Positions 35,957 through 47,147 of a DNA stretch of 64,000 nt are shown here, in pieces. Source of the stretch: Octopus sinensis (lineage: Eukaryota); assembly GCF_006345805.1 (NCBI RefSeq), contig NC_042997.1, forward strand, positions 203,608,001 to 203,672,000. Reading direction: 5' to 3'. Numbering within the stretch: position 1 is the stretch's first letter; every line of letters starts with the position of its first letter. A program made the translations under genes and the position numbers. Under the pieces are notes generated by a model, which worked only from the letters and a program-made list of their open reading frames with translations, was not told where the DNA came from and did no database searches.

Positions 35957-36086
35957 CTGATATGTCAGCAACTTCAATCTGTGAAGCAAGTGGAAACTTC
36001 TGTTTGAGAATATTAATTATGATTTTCTCACCATCTGTGTAAGTTTTGGTACAGAAATATCTTATGGAATGGGGAGTTCTTAAAAT
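35957..36086 (-). CDS. BOLA3: BolA-like protein 3, coding exon 2 (130 nt)
   Basis: ttttgtAG|ATT: ILRTPHSIRYFCTKTYTDGEKIIINILKQKFPLASQIEVADIS-G|GTGTGT; resembles 'TEGE..ILKEKFP..I.V.DISG'. Phases are compatible with both neighbouring exons. Confidence 0.93.
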
Positions 36087-38145
36087 CTACAAAAGAATGT
36101 TTAGCAAAGAATTTATCAAAATACTGCCTAGAGTTTTACTAAGCGTTTCACAACCATTGACATTAAACAACATATCGTTGTTTTTATGAGTATTACCAAC
36201 ATGTAAAATAAATGTTATACCTTGTTACCATTAATGTGTTATTTTATGGTGAACATTCCTCCTATGGTCTATATTAACCCTGAAATAGCTGATTTCTAAG
36301 GGGTCAGGAAGTATTTCAGCCTTAAATGAGATCAACTCTGCTTTTCATCCTTTTGGCGGGCAACAATAAAGTACCAATTCAGGGCAGTTGATGTTGGTAT
36401 TTGTTGCAGCTCTTTGTAATGAGTTCAAATTCCACCAAGATCTGCTTGGATTGTGGAGTGAATTTACCATTATTAATTGGTCATGGTATGCCTTTAGAAG
36501 AATCCACTTTGCTGCCAGCATTTGGACCCAGTACATGATGTGTAAATACCATCCTCCTTCCCACCAGTCCCAGAAGCCCTGTAGTGAGCTATGAATCATG
36601 AACACTGCCTTCAGTTCTGACTGAAAGATAAGAGAAAAAGTAGAAATAAGCTCTCTCTCTCTCTTTCCCTTCCCTTCTACACACCTGTGAAAATGTGCAC
36701 CTCTCATATTTAAATTACCACCAACATCATGATCTGCCAGATAGTGAAGATCAAACACCAACATTCTCCAATTACTGACATATTACCAAACTCAGACTAA
36801 TTGGCTTACGCAAGTGATAGCAGTTGTTGTTTAGTTCCAAGTATTCATGATGAACCTGAGCTATAACAAAAGGTGTTCAGGCTATCTCGCCTATTTTTAG
36901 AGGCATCTAGAACTAGGTTGTCTAATGTGTTTTAAGAATGCAGGGTAAGAGTTGAAGATTTGGCTGCTATTTCTAGTTGGTCGAACCCACAGTTTCCTTT
37001 TGAAGGTAAAATGTTGACTTGATAAAAAATGAGATGTAGATGTTATATAATGGACAAGGTCAGAATAACACAAAAGAAACTGAAGTACTTCTTTCTGACT
37101 CGTAATTCCCGTTGTATGAAACACAAGAATACTTAAAAAATGAGGGTGCAAACATGATTCTATACCCATTTCTTTCCCCCATGAGGATGGAATACCTCCA
37201 CATAAAAGTACTACAGCTGATTTAATATTTTTAATTAAAAAAAAAAGTATTGTAGATCCTCAATCTAATAATGCTTAAAACATAAAAATTTGGACCCAGA
37301 TATTTTTTTTTTAAAAAGCCACAATAGAAATGTCGGAAAGGGTTTTTAAAAATTCACATTTAAACGAAATTAATGAAATGAAATACAAAAACATTAATAC
37401 AAACTAAGAGAAATTCCCTAAGATAATCTTCCCCAAAAATATCACCTTCAAATGTACAAGTCAAAATATTTCGACCTTCTTCCACTTGTTTCACTTTGGC
37501 TAGGTTCCAGATATCAAAGTAGGGGAAGGGTACAACACAATGTGATAAGAAAAACATTAACCTGTTTATTTATTTATCAAACTTCGTTTTTGCATTTGGT
37601 TTGTAAGATTTTTTATGTGAATTCGTATATTGAAGCATATTTTATTGTGTTTGAGGAGAGTCATTTTGATTTAATGCCTTATTAATTAAAACACACACGG
37701 GATCGACTTCCACTTATTTATTTTTCCTAAAATTTTCGTTGCTTCTTGCAACCTCTTCAACGAGTATTGAAAACAGAATAACTCTCCCCTGACGCAATAA
37801 AATATTTATCAAATGTTATAAATATATAAGATAAGGGGGCATTTATAGTTTCGAAATATTGAAATATGTCTCCCAATCAATGTTCCTTGTTCTGACATGA
37901 ATTCATAAATGAAATGCTAAATATATTTAATGAGATACCAATTCCATTCATTGCTAAACTGAAAATAAACTACTGAAATGATCACATTTTTTCCTCGCAA
38001 AAAAAAAAGCTTTTGTCAAGCAATTATATAACTGAAAAGTCAGTTTTTCGGTGACTAAAAATATCAATTAATCCTTTAAAATTAATTTTTAGCTATTTCT
38101 TTTGCAATTAACCATATACATATATAAATAAACAGTATTTCTAAC

Positions 38146-38226
38146 CTGAGTGGGTGAGAAAAACAATCGAGAAATTTGAGAAATTCTGGGAAACATGTTG
38201 CAAGAATGAAACTGACGAAATAACAT
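38146..38226 (-). CDS. BOLA3: BolA-like protein 3, probable coding exon 1 (81 nt, mitochondrial presequence-like)
   Basis: MLFRQFHSCNMFPRISQISRLFFSPTQ is Arg/Ser-rich with no acidic residues and ends CAG|GTTAGA in phase 0. Total CDS 81+130+89+75 = 375 nt (124 aa). Confidence 0.7.
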
Positions 38227-39609
38227 CAACGGTAAATCGGTGTTCACCAAAAACCTGTTAACCCAAGAAAAAATATCTCAAGAGGTTGCTAATCTGTTAG
38301 ACATAGCAGCCAAATTTCTCTAAAATTACTATTTATAGTCGTAAATAAAGAATTGAAAAATGTGGTTTCTGATATTCAATAAGACAAATGGTCACGCCTG
38401 GAACACCTTTGATCATAAATATGTTCGATCAGAGCTAAATTAGGGATAAGTAGCAACAGAAAACTAAGATGTCACATTATAGAAACATGACATAATCGGT
38501 GCAGACTCGGATAAAATAATTTCGTGGTATTTACTTCTGTTTGAGTTCAAATCATTCAAGTAGCGATAAAATCAGTATCAGTCAAGTAATCCGCTGAAGC
38601 CTCTCGCCAAAATATATGTGGCCTTGTGCTTCCATTAGAAATCGTTATCTGCACATATCTTCTTGATTTGTGGTATCGACTCTTTCGTCGACTCACGTCT
38701 CTGTGTTTAAAACGTCACCGATATTTCATTTCATCTATTTAGAGACGACAAAATAAGTACCAGTAATGTACTATGATTAATTTAATTGATTCTATACTTC
38801 ACAGTATATTGCTCACTACGGGTACCGTTTGAAGAAATCATGGCAGTATTCAGTTATATCCCTTTACTGTCTTGAAGGTGGAAAAGACATTCATCATTCG
38901 TGTAGTTCGGGCTATACAACTCTAGAAGAACGACAGGATTGTCATAATTGGCATTCTTTTGCGGTTGGGTTTTTCACAACTGAAGCTGATCTTTACGATT
39001 CTGGATTCCTTCTTTGGGAGACTTAATCCATCGCCCTGTTGAATACCACCGCTTGGCTGTTGGTGTACTCTGTTGTAAGCTTTATATCAGATCTCTAATA
39101 GTAAGAGGATAACTTCATCCAGCCCAACAGTCGAGGAGGCTCTATTATGAGTTGTAGGTGCTCTCCTTCCTCTTCTCAGTAAGCCTCTTAAAAAATGTAA
39201 AAAAAAAAAAAGAAGAAAGAAAGAAGTCATTGTTTATGAAAGGATAAACAAAGTTAGGCTAGATGCTCTATGATATCTACTTCAGAATTCTATGTTGAAT
39301 CTTTGCAGGCTTCTTTAATCGTTGCAGTATTAATGAAACATTTCGTAATATACAGAATTGTATCACTGCTGCACTTCACTGCACCTAGTAAAATGAATTC
39401 AGTTCTATACATATTAACACAAAGATAGTAAGCCAACCTGCCATCATTCTGCTCACTAAATGTAATAACTTCATTTGTTATTTGTTAGTTTAATAAGAAG
39501 TTGTGCATAGTCATTTTGGACCATCCTTTATCAGAGATTTAAAAATTACTCAAAACTGTTAAGATGTAATTAATGTTGGAGAAATATAACCTAGAAAAAT
39601 ATTCTAATT

Positions 39610-39941
39610 CAGTGGTTCTCAAGCGGTTTTTTCTTTTTTTCTACCTATGGATCCCTTTGATAACAATTTTATTCTGGTGGACCCTCAAAGTCATTTGAAG
39701 TTTTATAGATAGTTCTTTCAGAATTCCTATTTTGATTTTCATGCATTCACTTGTATAGATTTACCACAGCACTCTCTCAGAGAACACGTATCAGCGGCCA
39801 GAAACCTAGTTGTTTTTTGCAATAAATATCTAAAGCAAAAGTTTTCAAGGGCCCTTAAAATATCAATGTGGATCCCCAATTTACAATTTTGCTTGCATCG
39901 ATCCCAAAAAATCTTATATGGACCCTGGTTGAGAACCATTG
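39610..39941. mobile_element. hAT (Charlie-like) MITE
   Basis: CAGTGGTTCTCAA ... TTGAGAACCATTG termini; TSD degenerate. Confidence 0.7.
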
Positions 39942-40249
39942 TTCAATGGATGCAGTGATGAAAAGACATTGGGCAAAGATTTTAGTTTTAGGTTTGAAGT
40001 AAGGCATGATATGAGTGTTTAGAAGAAAGGTAGATCTTATATGAAGTAGGTTTAGCTATTTTGATACCAACCCACCTGAAACTGCTCTTGTTCTTGTGAT
40101 ACAAATACCATGATTTAAAGTGAGCTAAATCTAAACCTTCCATCAAAATTCTGTGTTAATTTATATGGTGTGCACATTTTTTTTGGACATACATACATAC
40201 ATAAATAAAAGTTGGATCTTTGAAATGGCATGATAATAGAAGGTGAAAA

Positions 40250-40480
40250 ATATGTTGCCTTGATGATATTTTGAAAGAAGGAAGGTTGGGATCAATAATG
40301 GTGGAGTTTGATGTAAACAGAAGAAGCCCTGGAAACTGAGTAGTATGTTAATGCGGAGCTTGAGGGAAGGTGTACGCCACATGTGGGGTGGATGGTGTAC
40401 AACGATTTATAGGAGTAAGAAATTGGTGAAGACATGTGGAGCAGCAGAGGAGTCTGGATAGAATGGGAATGGTTATCATT
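40250..40480 (-). mobile_element. Possible highly degraded Penelope-type RT fragment
   Basis: YKSLYTIHP and LRINILLSFQGFFCLHQT weakly resemble Penelope RT 'SLYT.IP' and 'L.LN.FSF.G..Y.Q' motifs. Confidence 0.3.
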
Positions 40481-41814
40481 CAATGGATGAGTAGAATATC
40501 ACTGAGAGAAAGAAAGACAAACGATGAATCACAGAGATTCATGGTACCAATAGAGAAAGTGATGGATGTTGGGAAGAGAAATGGGATAACATGGTTGGGT
40601 TATTTGCTAAGGAAGAATTAAAATGACTGGATAAAAGGAATGATGAAAATGAATGTAGGAGTAAGCAGAGGAAGGTAAAAACATAATTAAAGACAATATA
40701 GGAAGGAATGAGATCACAAAGGTTAGGAAGGTGCGAGATGTATAAATTAGAATAACTTAGAAAATGCCATTTTCTCTGCTTGAACAGGGAAATGGCATTA
40801 AAACATTTGTGTTGTAGATTAGTTATCGGTAGCATGACAGTAAAAGTAGTACCTGCATATATGCATCAAAATCAGTACTAATAGATGTACAAAAGGAGTG
40901 TTTCTATAAGTTTTTTTTTTTGCAAACCACATCAATATCAAAGGAAAGAAATCTCATTATACACAATGGCATCTTCCATGTACATGTTGGACAATACTAT
41001 AACATCTGCTCCTGTGTGGATAGAAGCTATAGGTATGGTACAAGAAATGAGGGGCGAGCTGCCAGAAATGTTAGCATGCCGGGCGAAATGCTTAGCAGTA
41101 TTTCGTCTGCCACTATGTTCTGAGTTCAAATTCCACCGAGGTCGACTTTGCCTTTCATCCTTTCGGGGTCGATAAATTAAGTACCAGTTACGCACTGGGG
41201 TCGATGTAATCAACTTAATCCATTTGTCTGTCCTTGTTTGTCCTCTCTGTGTTTAGCCCCTTGTGGGTAGTAAAGAAATAGGTATTTCGTCTGCTGCTAT
41301 GTTCTGAGTTCAAATTCCGCCGAGGTCAACTTTGCCTTTCATCCTTTCAGGATCGATTAAATAAGTACACTGGGCTCGATATAATTGACCTAATCCTTTT
41401 GTCTGTCCTTGTTTGTCCCCTCTGTGTGTAGCCCCTTGTGAGAAGTAAAGAAATGAGGGGAACTCAAAACTTTTGGAGTTCTGTGATACAAACGGCTTAA
41501 CCAATTGCAGCATTAACCAGTCAGTCACCTGACCACTTATCAATTAGATGTATACACAAGTCAGAAAAGACTTGGTGCTCATCAGGAAATGAGATAAATT
41601 GCTGGTTGTGACTATTAAGTCTTTTTATAGTGAAGAAAACACTTCTCAATTGTTTAGTGATTAGTGTTGTCAGAGTAAGAACTAGACAAATGAAAAGGTG
41701 TAAGACTATGGTAATTGAAAGCTCCATCTACTACATATTGGTTCAGAAGTGTCAGGAGGTATATTAAAGAAGAGGAGATAAAGATCCATAACATAGAGCA
41801 CAACTGGAATTTGA

Positions 41815-42410
41815 CACAATTCAATTCAATTTTTATTGGCTCAAAAAGCAAAAGCAAGGCCATGTAGGGGAACACGGAGTTATGTACAGGAAGGGTGGTC
41901 ATACAAAGAGTTCAGGCCATTTCTGGTCAAGAGAGACTTTGAACCATGTGGTCGTCGGCATCTTCACTATCTTGTCCAGCAGCTTATTCCACGGATCCGC
42001 AACCTGGACGGAGAAAGCCCCTCTCCTTCGATTGAGATGAAATCGTCATAGATAGAGCTTTTCGGAGCTTTTCGCAACCCACGCTCTGGAGCAGGAGTGA
42101 AGAACAGCTCTTTCGAGAGGTTACACTTTCCACTTATGATGTTGTGAGCAAGAATGAGATCACCATGGCGTTGTTGTTTTTCGAGAGAATAAAGGTCAAG
42201 CATCTTCAGCCTTTCTTCATAAGACAAATGCTTGAGACCAAGAACCATGCAGGTAGCCAGCTTCTGGACTCTTTCGGGATGATGTATGTCTTTGATGAGA
42301 TAAAGAGAAGAGGCTTGAATCCCTGTTGTATATCAGAAACCAAATTTGGGAGTGGAATCAGGATTCTTGCTGGCCAGATAGAAATAAATATTCTCCCAAA
42401 CACTCTTTGT
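41815..42410 (-). mobile_element. CR1-clade LINE 3' fragment
   Basis: ORF 41967-42248 GLKHLSYEERLKMLDLYSLEK..GDLILAHNII is the CR1 ORF2 C-terminal motif; ends in AATAAA plus (TTGAA)n. Confidence 0.85.
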
Positions 42411-43364
42411 AATGTAGGTCAAAGTAATTGGTCAAAAGATCAATGTACATTGTAACAAATTTATTGACAATAAACAAAGGAAGGATTATAAGATGTTAAC
42501 AAATTTTGTGTATAGAGATAGGTTACAAAAACTTACCCACATGGTATACATTTATAATCTTATTAAAAGCCTTTACAATGAGAACAGAAATTGTCCAAAT
42601 GAACAGATACTGTTCTTGAGAAGACCAATACTTGAGAGAAAGCTTACACTGCCATGCCATCCATTTAGCTTAGGTAAGTCAAATATAGAACACACTGGCT
42701 GAATCTGTTCCACAACAAAATTTGTCTGGCTCCTGAGCTCAATTTCATAAAACAAATAAGATTTTATTCTTATTTTTCAATTTAAAAATATTCGATGAAA
42801 TATATATTGCTCTCATGGATTCAGTCTAACGATATGGATGATATTCAAAAGTCTTGCAGCTGAAAAAAACACAAGGCTGGTCTTTAGTCTCATCAGAGTT
42901 ATATAATTTAGATTGGTCCTTTTTGTCATTGTTCTGTGTGTCAGCATTTGGGTGCCAACAGATACTCCACTTTTTCATATATGTGATTGTGGAATTGGAG
43001 GGGACTTGGGTAAGGTTGGGTGTCTTGGATTTAGTTTTTTTTTTCAACATCACTGAAATTCATAAACCAGATGTATTTTCAAACCTCCAGCATAAAAGAG
43101 CCCAAGCTTCTACTCAGTCATATCTAATGATTGTTAAACTAACTTTCCACTCTTGGAATGCTTTTTTACATGAAACCATTTGGCAACATGGATTGGCTGT
43201 TATAAAGCTAAATTTACAATTTTGTATAAACAATATACCATCTCTATTACCTAATATATGAGTGCCTGTCTTTTCTGATTTATGAATACTTTGGACACGA
43301 TGATGATGATGATGCTGATGCTAAACTACTACTGTCGGTTATGATGATGAGTGTTCTAATTGTT

Positions 43365-43652
43365 CCGATCAACAGAACAGCCTGCTCATGAAATAAATGT
43401 GCAAGTGGCTGAGCACTCCATAGACACATGTACCCTTAATGTAGTTCTCAGGGAGATTCGGCATGACACAGAGTGTGACAAGGGTGGTCCTTTTGAAATA
43501 CAGGTACTTACTCATTTTTGCCAGCTGAGTGGCCTGGAGCAACATGAAATAAGGTGTCTTGTACAAAGGCACAATGCACCACCAGGAACTGAACACATGC
43601 CATTACAGTTGTGAGCTGAATACCCTAACTACAAAGCCACGTGCCTTCACAG
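43365..43652 (-). mobile_element. tRNA-derived SINE (third family)
   Basis: Reverse complement starts gtgaaggcacgtggctttgtagttagggt (A-box-like), then gttcagttcc (B-box-like) and a caagacacc..tttcatgttgctcc core. Confidence 0.6.
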
Positions 43653-44299
43653 TAGTAGTAGTAGTATGCGTGTGTATGTATCTATATGTATGTATTGCTT
43701 GGAAACAGGTGAAAGTTGGTGACAGGAAGGGCCCTCCAATAGTAGAAAATCTGCCTCATGTAGGCATGGAAATGTAGACATTAATACAATGATGATGATG
43801 ATGATATATATATATATATAATTTCCATGCTTATATGAGGCAGATTTTCCCCACTTGGATTGTCTTTCCTGTCACCAACCTCACTTGTTTCCAAGCAAGA
43901 TAATATTTTGCCATGGCTGGACATGTTTTCATTGAAGATTGGAAAGAAAGACACCACTAGTATGATGATGACAACTGTCATGCAATGTCAATGCAAGGAG
44001 ATATAAATACATTCACATGCACATATACACACACACACGTATGTGTATGTATATATATATATATATTTTTAATGATGGTTTTGTTGATTCTATTAATTTG
44101 GATTATAAAGTGACCATGTTATTAAGTTATGATACACAAGTGTAGTTTGCCACTACTTTCCATAGGTAAATCAATATTCCCTGTACTATTGCAAATATAA
44201 TAACATGTTTTTTCATTTCCAGTAGTTTCAGTCTCATATGCAAATGGTCTGCTACAACAAAGTTAGAATACTGTCCATTTTTTATTAACATTTTTTTCA

Positions 44300-44480
44300 A
44301 AATGTAACCACATGTGAATCATTGGTGATTTTTTATTCCTCTGTTTCTGAAGAAGAGCTTTGCTCGAAACATAAAACTACCTTTGTTTCCTTCCCTGAGC
44401 GTCTGCTAATACTTTACATGTACCACATCCTCACGTTGTTTTTTTTGTGTTTGTTCTTAACTTTTTAAAATTTACTATAT
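44300..44480 (+). mobile_element. Penelope-like pseudo-LTR fragment with a minimal hammerhead-like motif (44343-44377)
   Basis: gttt-CTGAAGA-A-gagc(ttt)gctc-GAAAC-ATA-aaac: intact CUGANGA and GAAA boxes, 4-bp stems I and II. Confidence 0.6.
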
Positions 44481-44619
44481 ATATATTCTTATCTTATATG
44501 TATTGAATTTTAATGTACATATGTATGTTATTATGGTTCTCATTTTGTTAAATAAATAAGTTAACATTCTAATATCCTAAAGCTGATTAACCAACTAAAT
44601 TGTTTCTCCATTTTCTTCA

Positions 44620-45968
44620 TCATCATCATCATCATCATCATTTAGCGTCCGTTTTCCATGCTAGCATGGGTTGGACGGTTTAACTGGGGTCTGTGAAGCC
44701 GGAAGGCTTCATCAGGCCCAGTCAGATTTGGCAGTGTTTCTACGGCTGGATGCCCTTCCTAATGCCAACCACTCCGTGAGTGTAGTGGGTGCTTTTTATG
44801 TGCCACCTGCACAGGTGCCAGGCGAGGCTGGCAACGGCCATGGTCGGATTGGTGTATTTTACGTGCCACCGGCACAGAAGCCAGTCGAGGGGGCACTGGC
44901 ATCGGCCACGAGTCGGATAGTGCTTTTTACGTACCACCAGACCAGGGGTCCTGGCTGGTTCAATTCGATTTCGATTTCGTTTGCCCCGACATGTCTTCGC
45001 AACATGTAATAAAAAGTTACAGTGACATGCCACATGTGACATCATTCCACTTTCTGAATAATCCTGGGTGCCTGTCGTCGGATGAGGTTCTATATTGACT
45101 TCGCTTGCCTCAACAGGTCTTTGTGTCCAAGGGAGGAAAGGCATGCATAAGTGGGCTGAGCTCCCTTGTCCTACCTGGTCTTCTCACGTACAGCATATTT
45201 CCAAAGGTCTCGGTCGCTGGTCATTTCCTCAGTGAGGCCTAAAGTTCAAAGGTCGTGCTTCACCACCTCGTCCCAGGTTTTCCTGGGTCTACCTCTTCCA
45301 TGGGTTCCCTCAACTGCTGGGGATTGGCACTTTCTCACACACCTATCTTCATCCATTCTCGCCACATGACCATACCAGTGCAATCGTCTCTCTTGCACAC
45401 CACAACTGATGCTATTTAGGTACAACATTTCTCTCAAGGTACTAACGCTCTGTCGAGTATGTACACTGACATTACACATCCAACGGAGCATACTGGCTTC
45501 ATTCCTCACGAGCTTACGCATGTCCTCAGCAGTCACGGCCCCTGTCTCACTGCCATGTAGCATGGCTGTTCGTACACATGCATCATACAGTCTGCCTTTT
45601 ACTCTGAGCGAGAGGCCTTTAGTCACCAGCAGAGGTAAGAGCTTCCTAAACTTTGCCCAGGCTATTCTTATTCTAGCAGTTACACTTTCAGCGCACCCAC
45701 CCCCACTACTGACTTGGTCACCTAGATAACGGAAGCTATTAACTACTTCTAGTTTTTCCCCCTGGAAAGTGACAGAAGTTGTTTTCTGCAGATTTTCGGA
45801 GGTTAATGCTCCCGAGCATCTGCCACATACAAAAACTATCTTCCCAGTTAGCCTACCTTTGACATTGCTGCACCTCTTATGTGTCCATAGCTTACACTGG
45901 GTACATCTTATAGAGTTTCTACCTACACCTTTTCTACAGATTGAGCAGGGCCATCTTCCTGAAGACAT
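44620..45968 (-). mobile_element. 5'-truncated RTE-clade LINE with a PHD-type finger in ORF2 and a (GAT)n tail
   Basis: ORF 45246-45968 contains LEVVNSFRYLG, RIRIAWAKFR, RRLHWYGHVARM and GRGRPRKTW; 3'UTR runs to the (cat)n tract at ~44620. Confidence 0.92.
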
Positions 45969-46350
45969 TTGTGGATTGTCTACCTTCCTACTTATTAGTA
46001 CTTTGGTTATTATATGTTATTTGCAACAATACAGGGAATATTGATTTACCTATGGAAAATAGTGGCGAACTACACTTGTGTATCATAACTTAATAACATG
46101 GACACTTTATAATCCAAATTAATGGAAACAACAAAATCATCATTAAGTTCAAGCTTGTATTTTCAAAATTTAATCCTTCTTAAGCCTTGGTCCTGATTTT
46201 TTTGGTTTTGGCTCAGCTAGAAATGGTGTTGCCCAGGCAACTAGGATAACATCCCTGCATCCACCACTGGGTTGGCCGTGTCAGTTCTCAGCTGTTATGT
46301 CTAGTGTATAGTCATGTAGTGCATGCTCAAAGGATTTTAGTTTTCTCCAA

Positions 46351-47147
46351 ATGCTTCGAGCAGAGATACTGCATCAAGTTTTGCCAAAAGCTCGGTGATA
46401 CTTAAGCTCAAGCAATCCAGAAGATTAAGCAGGCCTTTGGCAAAGATGCCATGGACAAAACTCAGATCAAAGAGTTGTACAACCACATCAAACATGACCA
46501 CACTTCAGTTTAAAGTGAGGCATGTTCAGGCAGGTCGTCCACAAGACAAAATGAGGAGCTAATTGACAAGATTTAGAAAATTGTCCTGGAAGACCATCAT
46601 GTAACAGTCCAGGAAATTGCTCACACAATAGGAATAAACACAGGATCAGTGTATTCCATTTTAATAGAGGATTTGTGCATGTAGAGAGTGTCAGTGAAAT
46701 TCATCTTCAAGGTGCTGGCAGAACAGCAGAAGTAAGTGGAGGCGCAATGGCCCAATGGTTAGGGCAGTGGACTTGCGGTTTCGATTCCCAGACTGAGCGT
46801 TGTGTGTGTTTATTGAGTGAAAACATCTAAACCTCCAGCATGGGGTGGTGGCAACCCGTTGTACTCTTTCACTCTTTCTTCTTGCTTCTTGTCCCCGACT
46901 TCCTACGCAACCGCTGAGCCTGGATGTGCATTCATCCATCCGTTGATGCTCTCGGTGTGGGGGGTTGACCTGCTTTCTCTTCTGTGGGTCTTACAAATAG
47001 CAAAAGACCACGTTTCGGACTTCTCCCACTGGTCGAAGACTGCTACGCTCAACAGCAACTCTGCATGGAAATCAGTCAGGACATGCTGGACTGCACAAAG
47101 CATGACCCAGAGCTCATCATCACTGGTGATGAGACATGGGTTTGTGG
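46351..47147 (+). pseudogene. Mariner transposase N-terminal pseudogene, interrupted by a SINE (~46735-47050)
   Basis: Translation with stops gives EQRYCIKFCQKLGDT..IKQAFGKDAM..VTVQEIAHTIGINTGSVYSIL..AEQQK | QLCMEISQDMLD..IITGDETW, i.e. the HTH region and first catalytic Asp motif. Confidence 0.85.

Noticed and set aside
38820-39180. RT-like words (DL.KAY..VH, GIQQGDGLS) on the minus strand
   Set aside because: Only two short motifs with a frameshift and the wrong spacing; possibly a decayed retroelement but not supportable.
41051-41140. SINE heads with A/B-box-like motifs as tRNA genes
   Set aside because: They do not form full cloverleaves and continue into SINE cores.
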